64,000 bases of DNA, taken from contig JAGBSX010000022.1 in the NCBI GenBank assembly GCA_017631635.1, positions 18,659-82,658 of the forward strand, given 5' to 3'. The notes beneath the pieces are model-generated. The model was not told where the DNA came from. It did no database searches and worked only from the letters and a program-made list of their open reading frames with translations. The position numbers and the translations under genes were made by a program. The DNA is from Clostridia bacterium. Lineage in GTDB: Bacteria > Bacillota > Clostridia > Christensenellales > RUG350. Shown here piece after piece: positions 45,012-56,698 of the stretch (the stretch's first letter is position 1; each line of letters starts with the position of its first letter).

Positions 45012-48000
45012 ATGTTTGAACTCAACAATTTCGATTCAATGCAAATAGGAGTGGCATCTCCAGAGAAGATAATCAGCTGGTCAAACGGTGAGGTGACCAA
45101 GCCTGAGACTATCAATTATCGTACACAAAAGCCAGAACCAGAAGGTCTATTTTGCGAAAAAATCTTTGGACCAACCAAGGATTATGAGTGTAGATGTGGT
45201 AAATACAAGAGAGTACGCTACAAGGGTGTAGTGTGCGACAAGTGTGGCGTAGAGGTCACCAAGAGTAAGGTAAGGCGTGAGCGTATGGGACATATTGCTC
45301 TCGCAGCACCTGTCTCTCACATATGGTATTTTAGAGGAGTACCTTCACGTATAGGTACTGTGCTAGACGTATCACCCAAGGATTTGGACCAAGTTATATA
45401 CTTCACAGCATATATCGTGCTAGATCCAGGCGCTACCCCTCTACTCAAAAAACAAGTCATCACCGACAGAGAGTACAATGAGTACGTAGAGAAGTATGGC
45501 GAGGGCAGTTTCCGTGTAGGTATGGGTGCTGAGGCTGTCAAGGAACTACTAGAAGAGGTAGACCTAGACGCAGAGGCAGAGATACTCAGAGAACAAGTCA
45601 ACTCAAATGCTGTACAAAAGCGTAACAAGGCTGTCAAGAGACTAGAGGTCATAGAGGCTTTCCGTAAGAGTGGTAATAAGCCTAGTTGGATGATACTAGA
45701 CGTGATACCTGTCATACCACCAGAGTTGAGACCTATGGTCCCACTAGATGGTGGCAGATATGCGACCTCCGACCTCAACGACCTATATCGTAGAGTTATC
45801 AACCGTAACAATCGTCTCAAGAAACTCCTAGAGATAGGTGCTCCTGAGATGATGATTAACAACGAAAAGCGTATGCTCCAAGAGGCAGTAGACTCCCTCA
45901 TTGACAATGGTCGTAGAGGCAAGGCTGTCACCGGTCCAAATGGTAGAGAACTCAAATCTCTATCCAAACTACTCAGCGGTAAGCAAGGTAGATTTAGACA
46001 AAACCTACTTGGTAAGCGTGTAGACTATTCGGGACGTTCGGTTATCGTAGTAGGACCAGAACTCAAGATGTATCAATGTGGTCTTCCAAAGGAGATGGCT
46101 GTAGAACTATTTAAGCCTTTCATTATGAAAGAACTAGTATCTAGAGGTCTCACCCACAACATCAAGACTGCCAAGAATATGATAGACAGGACTCAACCTG
46201 TCGTATGGGATATACTAGAGGAGGTCATCAAGGACCACCCTGTCATGCTCAACCGTGCTCCTACCTTGCACAGACTAGGTATCCAAGCATTTGAGCCTGT
46301 ACTAGTAGAGGGTAGAGCCATCAAGTTGCACCCACTAGTATGTACCGCGTTCAATGCAGACTTCGACGGAGACCAGATGGCTGTACACGTACCTCTATCT
46401 ATAGAGGCACAAGCAGAGGCTAGATTCTTGATGCTCTCCACCAACAATATACTCAAGTTGTCTGACGGTAAGCCTATCGTATGTCCTACCCAAGATATGG
46501 TGTTAGGTTCATTCTATTTGACCAAGGTAAGACCTGGTGCAAAGGGCGAAGGTATGGTATTCTCATCTAAAGATGAGGCTATCATGGCTTATCAAACCAA
46601 AAACCTAGACCTAGAGGCTAGAGTTAAGATTAGATTTAGTGGCGAATACGAGGGCGAGACTGTATCCAAGTTGATAGAGACCACCGTAGGTCGTGTCATT
46701 TACAATGACGCTCTACCTCAAGATTTGCACTTCGTCAATCGTGACTCCAAGGAGACTTTCCTAGACCTAGAGGTAGAGGCTATAGTAGCCAAGTCCAAGC
46801 ACGGTGCTATCGGTAAGAAAGAGTTGTCAAATATCGTAGATGCTTGCTTTAAGTATCACGGTGCTACCGAGACTAGCATAGTGCTAGACAATATCAAGGC
46901 GCTAGGATTTAAGTATTCTACCGTAGGTGCATTGACCACCTCTATATTTGATATGACTATATCTCCAGAGAAGAAGGTCATACTCGAAGAGGCTGAGAAA
47001 CAACTACAAACTCTAGAGAAACAATTTAAGCGTGGTCTTCTCACAGACGAGGAGAGATACGAAGAAGTTATCAAACTATGGCAACAAGTCGCTGATGACG
47101 TCGAGAAAGCTACTATATCAAACTTCGACGAGTTTAACCCTATCCGTATGATGGCAGACTCTGGAGCGAGAGGTAGTGCTCGTCAGATCAGACAGTTGTC
47201 TGGTATGAGAGGATTGATGGCAGATCCTACTGGTAAGACTATAGAGTTGCCTGTCAAGGCTAGCTTTAGAGAAGGTTTGACCGTGCTAGAGTACTTCATA
47301 TCTTCTCACGGTGCTCGTAAGGGTCTAGCAGATACTGCGTTGCGTACTGCAAGTTCGGGTTATTTGACACGTAGACTTGTAGACGTATCCCAAGACGTCA
47401 TTGTTCGTGAGGACGATTGTGGCGACACCAAGGGTGTATGGGCTACCGAGATAGTCTCTGACGGAGTCAAGGTAGAGTCCCTCAAGGATAGAGTATTTGG
47501 TAGATACACACTAGAAGACGTAATCAATCCTGCTACTGGCGAAGTTATCGTAGCCAAGGATGAGATGATTAGTGAAGACCAAGCCAAGGCTATCGAGGAC
47601 GCAGGTATTACCAAGGTACATATCCGTACCGTGCTCAGTTGTAAGTCCAAGTATGGCGTATGCGCTAAATGTTATGGACGCAACCTAGCAGGTAGTGGAC
47701 CAGTTAGACTAGGTGAGGCTATCGGTGTTATCGCTGCTCAATCTATAGGTGAGCCTGGTACACAGTTGACCATGCGTACCTTCCACTCTGGTGGTGTAGC
47801 GACTGCCGACGATATTACTCAAGGTCTACCTAGAGTAGAAGAACTATTTGAGACACGTACTCCTAAGCGTTGCGCTATAGTATCTGATATAGCAGGTACG
47901 GTTAGCGTGGCAGTAGGCAAGCGTGACCTCAAGGAAGTCACAGTCACTTCTCCTGACAACAAGATAGTCAAGGTATACCCTATACCCTTTAACGCCAAGT

Positions 48001-48557
48001 TGCTCAACAAGATAGTAGACGGCTATCAAATACAACCAGGTGAGCCTCTCACTCACGGTTCTATATGGCCACAAGACCTACTACGCACCAAGGGTGTAGC
48101 AGGAGTAGAGGAATATATCCTATGCGAAGTCAAGAACGCATATAGATCCTCTGGTGTTGATATAGCAGACAAGCACATAGAGGTCATCATCAAACAAATG
48201 TTGCGTAGAGTACGTATAGAGACTCAAGGTGATACCGATATGCTACCAGGCGAACTAGTCGACATCATCAAGTACGACGAGGAGAACCAGAGAGTACTAG
48301 AGGCAGGTGGAGTACCTGCTACAGCCAAGAGAACTCTATTGCCTATACGTAAGGCCGCTCTAGCGTCAGACTCATTCTTGTCTGCAGCATCTTTCCAAGA
48401 GACTGCCAAGGTGCTCACAGAGGCTGCTATCAAGAACAAAGTTGACCCACTCGTTGGACTAAAAGAAAACGTAATAATAGGTAAGTTGATTCCTGCGGGT
48501 ACAGGCATGAAGTTGTATAGAGGCTTAGGACCTGCTCGTGCAGAGAAAAACGACTGA
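45012..48557 (+). CDS. rpoC: DNA-directed RNA polymerase subunit beta'
   Basis: 1181 aa. Zinc-binding [23 protein letters not shown]. Catalytic NADFDGDQM. Confidence 0.98.
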   Translation: MFELNNFDSMQIGVASPEKIISWSNGEVTKPETINYRTQKPEPEGLFCEKIFGPTKDYECRCGKYKRVRYKGVVCDKCGVEVTKSKVRRERMGHIALAAPVSHIWYFRGVPSRIGTVLDVSPKDLDQVIYFTAYIVLDPGATPLLKKQVITDREYNEYVEKYGEGSFRVGMGAEAVKELLEEVDLDAEAEILREQVNSNAVQKRNKAVKRLEVIEAFRKSGNKPSWMILDVIPVIPPELRPMVPLDGGRYATSDLNDLYRRVINRNNRLKKLLEIGAPEMMINNEKRMLQEAVDSLIDNGRRGKAVTGPNGRELKSLSKLLSGKQGRFRQNLLGKRVDYSGRSVIVVGPELKMYQCGLPKEMAVELFKPFIMKELVSRGLTHNIKTAKNMIDRTQPVVWDILEEVIKDHPVMLNRAPTLHRLGIQAFEPVLVEGRAIKLHPLVCTAFNADFDGDQMAVHVPLSIEAQAEARFLMLSTNNILKLSDGKPIVCPTQDMVLGSFYLTKVRPGAKGEGMVFSSKDEAIMAYQTKNLDLEARVKIRFSGEYEGETVSKLIETTVGRVIYNDALPQDLHFVNRDSKETFLDLEVEAIVAKSKHGAIGKKELSNIVDACFKYHGATETSIVLDNIKALGFKYSTVGALTTSIFDMTISPEKKVILEEAEKQLQTLEKQFKRGLLTDEERYEEVIKLWQQVADDVEKATISNFDEFNPIRMMADSGARGSARQIRQLSGMRGLMADPTGKTIELPVKASFREGLTVLEYFISSHGARKGLADTALRTASSGYLTRRLVDVSQDVIVREDDCGDTKGVWATEIVSDGVKVESLKDRVFGRYTLEDVINPATGEVIVAKDEMISEDQAKAIEDAGITKVHIRTVLSCKSKYGVCAKCYGRNLAGSGPVRLGEAIGVIAAQSIGEPGTQLTMRTFHSGGVATADDITQGLPRVEELFETRTPKRCAIVSDIAGTVSVAVGKRDLKEVTVTSPDNKIVKVYPIPFNAKLLNKIVDGYQIQPGEPLTHGSIWPQDLLRTKGVAGVEEYILCEVKNAYRSSGVDIADKHIEVIIKQMLRRVRIETQGDTDMLPGELVDIIKYDEENQRVLEAGGVPATAKRTLLPIRKAALASDSFLSAASFQETAKVLTEAAIKNKVDPLVGLKENVIIGKLIPAGTGMKLYRGLGPARAEKND

Positions 48558-48571
48558 TAAAATCGTGTATT

Positions 48572-48610
48572 TCGCCCGAAAGAGTCATCTAGACACCTTT
48601 CGGGCGATTT
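48572..48610 (+). terminator. Terminator hairpin downstream of rpoC
   Basis: 11-bp stem TCGCCCGAAAG/CTTTCGGGCGA with a 14-nt loop. Only a short T-run follows. Confidence 0.55.
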
Positions 48611-48727
48611 GACTATATATATACTTACCACCAGTCTTTTTAGACGAAAAATACTGATTTTGAGTAGATTGTGGAGACAATTTGCAATTTTGGTATTAGA
48701 TAATAGGACAAAAGGAATTAGATTTTT

Positions 48728-49921
48728 ATGAAGAAACTCTTTACTTCGGAGAGTGTGACCGAAGGACATCCAGATAAGATTTGTGACAATATATCCGACG
48801 CCGTACTAGACGCCGTATTGGCTCTAGACCCTATGGCTAGAGTGGCTTGTGAGACTAGCGTATGCCCACGATTTGTGCTAGTGATGGGAGAGATTACCAC
48901 CACGGCATCTATCGACGTGGAGGGTATCGTTAGACAAGTCGTACGCGATATAGGATATACTGACAATGATAGTGGATTTAGCGCTGACAACGTAGAGGTA
49001 TTGGTACGACTAAATACTCAATCTCCAGATATTGCTATGGGTGTAGACAATGCTACTGACAATCAGGGGTATTGCACATCCGTCAAGGATTGCGAGTACG
49101 ATCGTGTAGGAGCAGGAGACCAAGGTATGATGTTTGGCTATGCTACTAGCGAGACGGAGAATTATATGCCTGTGGCTATATATTATGCACACAAGTTGAG
49201 CGCTAGACTTACCGAGGTACGCAAGGAGGGCTTATTGTCCTACCTACGTCCAGATGGCAAGTCACAGGTGACTTGTGAGTACCAAGACGGAGTGTTTAGC
49301 CGTATAGACACGGTAGTGGTATCTTGTCAACATGACGCTATCGTCTCCCAAGACCAACTCAAGGCAGATATCAAGAAGTACGTCATAGATGCCGTGATAC
49401 CTAGTGAACTAATGGACGCAGATACCAAGGTATTTATCAATCCTACCGGTAGATTTGTAGTAGGAGGCCCAGAGAGCGATAGTGGTCTAACTGGTCGCAA
49501 GATAATAGTAGACACTTATGGTGGTTATTGTGCTCACGGCGGTGGTGCTTTTAGTGGCAAAGACCCTACCAAAGTGGACCGTAGTGCAGCATATATGGCT
49601 AGATACGTATGCAAGAATATCGTCGCTAGTGGTCTAGCAAAGAGTTGCGAAATGGAGGTAGCCTACGCCATAGGTCGTGCTCGTCCTGTGAGCATTATGC
49701 TCAATACTTTCGGTACGGGAGTAATATCTGACGAGAACTTGACCAAGGTAGTGAGTGAAGTATTTGATATGAGACCGGGCGCTATCATAGACCAACTAGG
49801 TCTACGTAGTCCTATCTATCGTCAAACTGCCTCATATGGTCATTTTGGCAAAGAAAATCTCAGTTGGGAGAGATTGGACAAAATCCCTCAACTAGTAGAA
49901 GTTAGCAAAAAATATATGTAA
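48728..49921 (+). CDS. metK: S-adenosylmethionine synthetase
   Basis: 397 aa. [44 protein letters not shown]. Confidence 0.97.
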   Translation: MKKLFTSESVTEGHPDKICDNISDAVLDAVLALDPMARVACETSVCPRFVLVMGEITTTASIDVEGIVRQVVRDIGYTDNDSGFSADNVEVLVRLNTQSPDIAMGVDNATDNQGYCTSVKDCEYDRVGAGDQGMMFGYATSETENYMPVAIYYAHKLSARLTEVRKEGLLSYLRPDGKSQVTCEYQDGVFSRIDTVVVSCQHDAIVSQDQLKADIKKYVIDAVIPSELMDADTKVFINPTGRFVVGGPESDSGLTGRKIIVDTYGGYCAHGGGAFSGKDPTKVDRSAAYMARYVCKNIVASGLAKSCEMEVAYAIGRARPVSIMLNTFGTGVISDENLTKVVSEVFDMRPGAIIDQLGLRSPIYRQTASYGHFGKENLSWERLDKIPQLVEVSKKYM

Positions 49922-49925
49922 TGGT

Positions 49926-52142
49926 ATGGTAATCAACGGAGTAGTCGAAGAAATTATATACTCAAATGCAGAGACGGGATATACCGTAGTGGATATCTCG
50001 TCCGAAGGCACGTTGATTACTGCAGTAGGTACGTTTCCTCCAGTAGCGATAGGTGAAAATCTCACTTTGCACGGAGAATTCGTCATCAACAATAGGTATG
50101 GCGAACAATTTGCCGTATCCAAAGTAGAGACTGCTCTACCTGTGTCTAGAGAGGGTATCATCAGGTATTTGAGTAGTGGACTATTTAAGGGCATAGGTCC
50201 TGTGACGGCGCTACGCATAGTAGAGGTTTTTGGCACGGACGCTCTCGTGGTTATGTCCACAGACCCTCTCAAACTCAAGCAAGTCAAGGGCATCTCCAAA
50301 AAACGCGCTATTGAGATAGCAGAGAGTTTTAATTCTATGAGGGCTATGCAAGACACTATATTGTTTTTGCAAAGTTATGATATCTCACTAGGACTATGTA
50401 TCAAGATATATCGTTGCTACGAGGAGAGGACCGCGGACGTCCTCAAGACAAATCCATACAAACTCGTAGATGATATAGATGGAGTAGGATTTGCTACAGC
50501 CGACAAAATCGCCAAAAATATGGGGATAGAGAAGGATAGCGAATTTAGAGTGAGGGCAGGTATATCATACCTACTACAAGATTCTGCCGTGAGAGGTGGA
50601 CATACGTATCTGCCTAGGCAAGATTTGGAGAAATCTTTGTACACTCTGCTAGGACTTGACCAAGAGCAAATAGACGTAGAGAGTGCTCTAATGGCACTAG
50701 AATTTGACGGTATAGTCAAGTGCTTTACGCACGAAGACGTGCAAGTAGTGATGAGTAGCAAATTGTTTGCGATAGAGCATTCTATCGCGACCAAACTAGT
50801 CAGGCTCATCAGAGAATACGACCAAGTGCACCTCGATATAGACACGGATATATCAGAATTTGAGAGAATAAATTCTCTCAATCTTCACCCTACTCAACGA
50901 GATGCGGTGAAAAATGCCGTGAATAGTGGAGTATTTGTACTCACGGGTGGACCTGGTACAGGCAAGACTACTATTATCAAGTGCATACTGTATATTCTCA
51001 AAAATCAAAATAAGCAAATATCTCTCTGCGCCCCTACTGGCAGGGCTAGCAAGCGTATGAGCGAGGCTACAGGCGAAGATGCCAAGACTATACACCGTCT
51101 ATTATGCTTGGAGCATAGTGAGGGACTAAATAGTTTTAGGTACAACGAATCAAATCCTCTAACTGCAGACGTCATCATAGTAGACGAGGCGTCTATGGCT
51201 GACGTGTACGTATTCAATGCATTAGTCAAAGCCATCAAGAGAGGAGGTAGACTCATCATAGTCGGAGACAAGGACCAACTCCCTTCGGTAGGAGCAGGAA
51301 ACGTATTGAGAGATATCATAGCCTCTTCGCTAGTGTCGGTGACTATGCTAGAGCATATATACAGGCAGAGTGAAAATAGTCATATAGTATCAAACGCACA
51401 CCTCATCAACCACGGCGAGATGCCTAGGTTAGACCTAAAGAGCGACGATTTCTTCTTCACCAAGCAAAAGGGACAAGAGGATATCCTATCCACCGTGAGA
51501 GACCTAGTGTGCAAGAGATTGCCATCATATATGCAGGTATCCCCTAGAGATATACAGGTATTGACGGCTATGAAGAAGGGCGTGTCTGGTGTCAACAATA
51601 TCAACAAAGTTCTCCAACTTCACCTCAATCCCAACCCCAAGGGGGTATTGTACGGAGAGACGGAGTACAAAGTCGGCGACAAGGTAATGCAGACTGCCAA
51701 CGATTACAATCTGGAGTGGTATAGATACGACGAAGATGGTACTAAATCAATGGGACAAGGTATCTTCAATGGAGATATAGGTATAGTAGATAGTATAGAT
51801 ATACCTACACAATCTATCACCGTACTATTCGAAGACGGTAGATACTGCACCTATCAGGGAGATTTGAGTGACCTCAAACTCGCGTATTGTATCAGTATAC
51901 ACAAGTCTCAAGGTTGTGAATTTGACGTAGTGGTCATAGCGCTCACACCTGGTAGCCCACAGATTCTCACGAGAAATCTCATATACACAGCCGTCACTAG
52001 AGCCAAGAAAATGGTGGTGCTAGTAGGAGACGACGGAGTACTAGCGCGTATGGTGCGCAACGATTATACTGCCACTAGATACAGTATGCTCAAAGATATG
52101 ATGCTCACAGAGTATCGCAAGTATGGAGAATTGTATGTTTGA
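49926..52142 (+). CDS. recD2: RecD2-type SF1B ATP-dependent DNA helicase
   Basis: 738 aa. Walker A GGPGTGKTT, then IIVDEASM and GDKDQLPSVGAGN. C-terminal SH3-like region and IHKSQG. Confidence 0.9.
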   Translation: MVINGVVEEIIYSNAETGYTVVDISSEGTLITAVGTFPPVAIGENLTLHGEFVINNRYGEQFAVSKVETALPVSREGIIRYLSSGLFKGIGPVTALRIVEVFGTDALVVMSTDPLKLKQVKGISKKRAIEIAESFNSMRAMQDTILFLQSYDISLGLCIKIYRCYEERTADVLKTNPYKLVDDIDGVGFATADKIAKNMGIEKDSEFRVRAGISYLLQDSAVRGGHTYLPRQDLEKSLYTLLGLDQEQIDVESALMALEFDGIVKCFTHEDVQVVMSSKLFAIEHSIATKLVRLIREYDQVHLDIDTDISEFERINSLNLHPTQRDAVKNAVNSGVFVLTGGPGTGKTTIIKCILYILKNQNKQISLCAPTGRASKRMSEATGEDAKTIHRLLCLEHSEGLNSFRYNESNPLTADVIIVDEASMADVYVFNALVKAIKRGGRLIIVGDKDQLPSVGAGNVLRDIIASSLVSVTMLEHIYRQSENSHIVSNAHLINHGEMPRLDLKSDDFFFTKQKGQEDILSTVRDLVCKRLPSYMQVSPRDIQVLTAMKKGVSGVNNINKVLQLHLNPNPKGVLYGETEYKVGDKVMQTANDYNLEWYRYDEDGTKSMGQGIFNGDIGIVDSIDIPTQSITVLFEDGRYCTYQGDLSDLKLAYCISIHKSQGCEFDVVVIALTPGSPQILTRNLIYTAVTRAKKMVVLVGDDGVLARMVRNDYTATRYSMLKDMMLTEYRKYGELYV

Positions 52143-52875
52143 GAAGTTGACTAGAGCAGTAGACTGGGTGTTGTCTAGGATATTTTCTAATAAGTTCAAG
52201 TGTGTATGCTGTGGTAAAGACGTCTTTAGTGATAGTGAAGAGTATTGTACCAAATGTAGTATGTCTATCACTAGGACCAAGGACAAGCGAACTTGTATCA
52301 AATGTCATAGACCTATATACGGTGAGGGCGATTATTGTATGATATGTACCGACTATACTCACGAGTTTGACGTGGCGTATTCGGTATACACATATAGTGG
52401 CACTATATCCAAGATGATTAGGAATATGAAATATTCTAACAAGATGTATTTAGCACCATATTTTGCCAAGCACTTGATAGACAAATATGCTGATATGCCC
52501 ACTTGTGATATTGTCGTGAGTGTGCCACCTAGTATGGATAGAGCGAGATATAGATATCACGACCATACCAAACTGTTGGCGAGAGCATTTAGCGAAGGTA
52601 GTGGCGTAGAGTATATAGAAGGATTGCTCAAGAGACTCAAAGACACCGAGCCTCTAGAAAAGAAATCCCCCAAACAACGAAGAGAACATCTCAAAGGTGC
52701 ATTTGCTATCAGCGATCGCCGTGCTATCAAAGGCAAGAGAGTACTGCTCATAGACGACGTGTTCACCACAGGTGCTACGGCAGACGAATGTGCATCCGTC
52801 ATCAAGAAGATGGGAGCATTAGAAGTATATATATTGACGATAGCAGTCACCGAGTACAAGGTGAAGACTATATAG
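52135..52875 (+). CDS. comFC: ComF family protein (ComFC-type phosphoribosyltransferase with an N-terminal zinc finger)
   Basis: Start at ATG 52135 (GGAGA 5 nt upstream) overlaps the recD2 stop. CxxC...CxxC, then the PRTase motif VLLIDDVFTTGAT. Confidence 0.85.
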   Translation: MFEKLTRAVDWVLSRIFSNKFKCVCCGKDVFSDSEEYCTKCSMSITRTKDKRTCIKCHRPIYGEGDYCMICTDYTHEFDVAYSVYTYSGTISKMIRNMKYSNKMYLAPYFAKHLIDKYADMPTCDIVVSVPPSMDRARYRYHDHTKLLARAFSEGSGVEYIEGLLKRLKDTEPLEKKSPKQRREHLKGAFAISDRRAIKGKRVLLIDDVFTTGATADECASVIKKMGALEVYILTIAVTEYKVKTI

Positions 52876-52911
52876 ATAAGGGAAAGATACAAAAAATAAG
52901 GAGTTATTATT

Positions 52912-55581
52912 ATGGGACTATTTTCCTCATTATTCAAGAGTGAAAACGAAAGACAACTAGTCAAGTTGCGCAAAATCGCCGACAAAGTAGTGGCTTTGGA
53001 GGAAGAGTTTAGCATCAAGACAAATGCGCAACTCAAGCAAATGACTCAAATACTCAAGGACAGACTAGCAGGTGGAGAGACTCTAGACGATATATTGCCA
53101 GAGGCATTTGCCACCGTGCGAGAGGCGTCTTGGAGAGTACTAAATATGAAACATTTTTACGTGCAGATACTAGGTGGTATCGTGCTACACCAAGGTCGTA
53201 TCGCAGAGATGCGTACTGGTGAAGGTAAGACGCTCGTGGCTACGCTACCTGCGTATCTCAACGCACTCACAGGCAAAGGTATGCACGTAGTCACAGTCAA
53301 CGAATATCTAGCACAACGTGACGCCGAGTGGATGGGCAAGGTATACAGATTTTTGGGACTAACGGTAGGTGTTAACCTCACGGGTATGTCTCCAGATGAG
53401 AAACGTAGAGTGTATGCTTGCGACATAGTGTACGGCACGAATAACGAATTTGGATTTGACTATCTACGAGACAATATGGCTGTTCGCAAGGTAGACAAAG
53501 TGCAACGTGGACTAGAATTTGCCGTCGTGGACGAGGTGGATAGTATACTCATAGACGAGGCTCGTACTCCACTCATCATATCAGGCAAAGGTACTAAGAG
53601 TAGCGAGATGTATATCTCTGTCAACAAGTTCGTCAAGACTCTCAAACGCACCGATTATGAGGTAGATGAGAAGGACAAGGCTGTCAGACTACTAGAGGAA
53701 GGTATAGAAAAAGCCGAGAGATATTTTGGTATCAGAGATTTGTCCGATATAGAGAATACCGACCTCAACAATCATATTACTCTAGCACTTAGAGCGCATT
53801 TCTTGATGAAGAGGGAGAACGATTATATCGTCAAGGACGGAGAGGTCATCATAGTAGATGAATTCACGGGACGTTTGATGATAGGTCGTAGATATAGCGA
53901 GGGATTGCATCAAGCGATAGAGGCCAAGGAGAACGTGAGAGTGCAGAGTGAGAATCAAACTCTAGCGACTATCACTTTCCAAAACTATTTCCGTATGTAC
54001 CACAAACTCAGCGGTATGACGGGTACTGCCAAGACGGAGGAGACGGAGTTTGAGGGTATATATGCCCTAGACGTCATAGTACTACCTACCAATTTGCCTA
54101 TCCAAAGAGTAGATATGGACGACCAACTATACACCACTTCGGCAGGCAAGATTAGAGCGATAGTCAAGGACGTAGTAGAGCGTCACGCCAAAGGTCAACC
54201 TATCTTGATAGGTACTGTCACCGTCGAGAAGAGTGAACAACTCAGCGTCGAACTCAAGCGCAGAGGTATTCGCCACAACGTGCTCAACGCCAAGAATCAC
54301 GAGCAAGAGGCAGAGATTATCGCCCAAGCAGGCAAGAAAGGTAGCGTGACTATCGCTACCAATATGGCAGGTCGTGGTACAGACATTATGCTCGGTGGTA
54401 ATGCCGAATATCTAGCACGCAATCGCATGATTAGAGAGGGATATACTCCAGAGCAAATAGAGACTGCTATGTCCTACGTCGCCCCCAAGGATCTAGAGGA
54501 GAAGACTCTGCAGGAGACTTATGCAGGTTTTTACAACTACTACAAGCAAGACGTAGACGTAGAGAAAGCCGAAGTGTTGGCGCTAGGAGGATTGCACATC
54601 ATAGGTACGGAACGTCACGAGAGTAGGCGTATAGACAATCAGTTGAGAGGCCGTGCAGGTAGACAAGGTGATCCAGGTACGTCAGTATTTTATATCTCTA
54701 TGGAGGACGATTTGGCTAGAATATTTGGTGGAGACAGGCTCAAGAGTATGGCAGAAGCCTTCCACTTTGATCCAGACGAGCCTATCGCCAACAAACTAAT
54801 CACTAGGAGTATCGAAACTGCCCAAAAGAACGTGGAGGGCAACAACTATTCGGCACGTCGTTCGGTCATAGCATATGACGACGTAATGAACAAGCAACGT
54901 GAGATAATATACGCCGAGCGTAACAAGATACTAGAGGGTATTGACGTCAGAGACCAGATACTAGATATGCTAGATTCTCTAGTGACAGATATCATCACTA
55001 CCCAATGCGACTACAACGTCAACGTGACCGAGTGGGATTATGATGCGATAAATAGAGCGCTAGAGGAGAAGGTATTTAAGCCTGATACCAATCTAATCAC
55101 TCTATCCGTAGCCTCACACACTAGCGAGGACAAACTACTAGCCATGGTCATAGACGAGGCTCGCAAACTATACGCCGAGAAGGTAGCAGAATGCACGGAG
55201 GCAGGTATCAAGTTTGACGACGTAGAGAGATTCTTGCTACTCAAGACGATAGATAGACTATGGATAGACCACATAGACGCTATGGACCAACTACGCAAGG
55301 GTATTAGACTACGTGCGTATGGTCAACGTGATCCTGTGATGGAGTACAAGAGTGAGGGCTTGGATATGTTTGAGAAGATGTCCGAACGTATCAAGCACGA
55401 GACTGCGCGAATTCTAATGAAAGTCATCATCAAGCCTGTCGAAGAGAAAAATGGCGCTGACAACAAGGGGTATCGCCCAGTCAAAGGTGTCAAGAGAGAG
55501 AAACAACCCGAAGTGTCGAGAAATGCTCCTTGCCCTTGTGGTAGTGGACTAAAATACAAACATTGTTGTGGCAAAGAATAA
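52912..55581 (+). CDS. secA: Preprotein translocase ATPase SecA
   Basis: 889 aa. MRTGEGKTL, DEVDSILIDEARTPLIISG. C-terminal zinc motif CPCGSGLKYKHCCG. Confidence 0.98.
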   Translation: MGLFSSLFKSENERQLVKLRKIADKVVALEEEFSIKTNAQLKQMTQILKDRLAGGETLDDILPEAFATVREASWRVLNMKHFYVQILGGIVLHQGRIAEMRTGEGKTLVATLPAYLNALTGKGMHVVTVNEYLAQRDAEWMGKVYRFLGLTVGVNLTGMSPDEKRRVYACDIVYGTNNEFGFDYLRDNMAVRKVDKVQRGLEFAVVDEVDSILIDEARTPLIISGKGTKSSEMYISVNKFVKTLKRTDYEVDEKDKAVRLLEEGIEKAERYFGIRDLSDIENTDLNNHITLALRAHFLMKRENDYIVKDGEVIIVDEFTGRLMIGRRYSEGLHQAIEAKENVRVQSENQTLATITFQNYFRMYHKLSGMTGTAKTEETEFEGIYALDVIVLPTNLPIQRVDMDDQLYTTSAGKIRAIVKDVVERHAKGQPILIGTVTVEKSEQLSVELKRRGIRHNVLNAKNHEQEAEIIAQAGKKGSVTIATNMAGRGTDIMLGGNAEYLARNRMIREGYTPEQIETAMSYVAPKDLEEKTLQETYAGFYNYYKQDVDVEKAEVLALGGLHIIGTERHESRRIDNQLRGRAGRQGDPGTSVFYISMEDDLARIFGGDRLKSMAEAFHFDPDEPIANKLITRSIETAQKNVEGNNYSARRSVIAYDDVMNKQREIIYAERNKILEGIDVRDQILDMLDSLVTDIITTQCDYNVNVTEWDYDAINRALEEKVFKPDTNLITLSVASHTSEDKLLAMVIDEARKLYAEKVAECTEAGIKFDDVERFLLLKTIDRLWIDHIDAMDQLRKGIRLRAYGQRDPVMEYKSEGLDMFEKMSERIKHETARILMKVIIKPVEEKNGADNKGYRPVKGVKREKQPEVSRNAPCPCGSGLKYKHCCGKE

Positions 55582-55590
55582 GGAGATATT

Positions 55591-56688
55591 ATGGTAGAAT
55601 ATGATGAGCCTAGGCTATTAGCCAAGAAACTCAGAGACACTTTGCTAAAGTGTGGTGAGACTATGAATCTCACCGAACTAAAAGCAGAGATAGACACCCT
55701 CACAGCAGAGCAACATGCTGAGGGCTTTTGGGACAACCTCTCAAATGCTCAGGCTGTCAACAAAAAACTCTCATCACTGCAAAACAAACTCTCCAAGTAT
55801 GAGAAATTGCTAGTGAGAGTAGATGATATCGAGATAATGATACAACTATGCGACGAGTCCGAGGACCTAGGCGAACTAGAGGGTATCAATATGGAGTTGG
55901 TGTCGTTGACTCAAGATATATCAAACCTACGACTAGAGACTTTGCTTAGGGGCAAATACGATTATTGCAACGCCATCATTACTCTACACGCAGGTGCAGG
56001 TGGTACAGAGGCGCAGGATTGGACTGATATGCTATATCGTATGTACACTCACTACGCAGAGAAACACGGCTACTCCGTCAAGGTGCTAGATAGACTAGAT
56101 GGAGACGAGGCAGGTATCAAATCTATTACGTTTATGGTAGTAGGTGAAAATGCCTACGGTTATCTCAAGGCAGAGAAAGGTGTACATAGACTAGTGCGCA
56201 TATCGCCATTTGACTCAAATAAGCGTAGACATACCTCGTTTGCATCACTAGAGGTGATGCCAGAGATAGATACCGATATAGATATCAAGATCAAACCTGA
56301 TGAGATCAAGGTAGACACCTATAGATCTAGTGGCGCAGGTGGACAGCACGTCAACAAGACGGAGTCTGCTATTCGTATCACTCACATACCTACCGGTATC
56401 GTAGTAAATTGCCAAAACGAGAGGTCGCAGATACAAAATAGAGAGCAAGCCATGAAGATGCTCATGTCGGCACTAGTAGAGAGAGCCGAGAGAGAGATGA
56501 TGGAGCAAGCCCAAGAAATAAAGGGCGAACTCAAGAAGATAGAGTGGGGTAGCCAGATTAGGTCTTACGTATTCCAACCATACACCATGGTCAAAGACCA
56601 CCGTACAGGTTGCGAAACGGGTAATATCACAGCAGTTATGGACGGCGAGATAGACGAATTCATCATGGATTATCTATCCAAGTCCTAA
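55591..56688 (+). CDS. prfB: Peptide chain release factor 2 (single uninterrupted ORF, no programmed frameshift)
   Basis: 365 aa. SPF tripeptide (RISPFDS), GGQ (SGAGGQHVNKTESA). Confidence 0.95.
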   Translation: MVEYDEPRLLAKKLRDTLLKCGETMNLTELKAEIDTLTAEQHAEGFWDNLSNAQAVNKKLSSLQNKLSKYEKLLVRVDDIEIMIQLCDESEDLGELEGINMELVSLTQDISNLRLETLLRGKYDYCNAIITLHAGAGGTEAQDWTDMLYRMYTHYAEKHGYSVKVLDRLDGDEAGIKSITFMVVGENAYGYLKAEKGVHRLVRISPFDSNKRRHTSFASLEVMPEIDTDIDIKIKPDEIKVDTYRSSGAGGQHVNKTESAIRITHIPTGIVVNCQNERSQIQNREQAMKMLMSALVERAEREMMEQAQEIKGELKKIEWGSQIRSYVFQPYTMVKDHRTGCETGNITAVMDGEIDEFIMDYLSKS

Positions 56689-56698
56689 GTAGGTAATT

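Noticed and set aside
48558-48727. Looked for a SAM (S-box) riboswitch upstream of metK, as is common in Firmicutes.
   Set aside because: None of the conserved S-box core sequences or the four-helix arrangement is recognisable. The region holds only the rpoC terminator hairpin and an AT-rich promoter region.
55591-55720. Checked prfB for the programmed +1 frameshift site (CUU UGA C) common in RF2 genes.
   Set aside because: The ORF is continuous from the ATG (MVEYDEPRLL...LKCGETMNLTELK...) with no in-frame UGA. Frameshift-less prfB genes are known in a sizeable minority of bacteria, so this is not remarkable.
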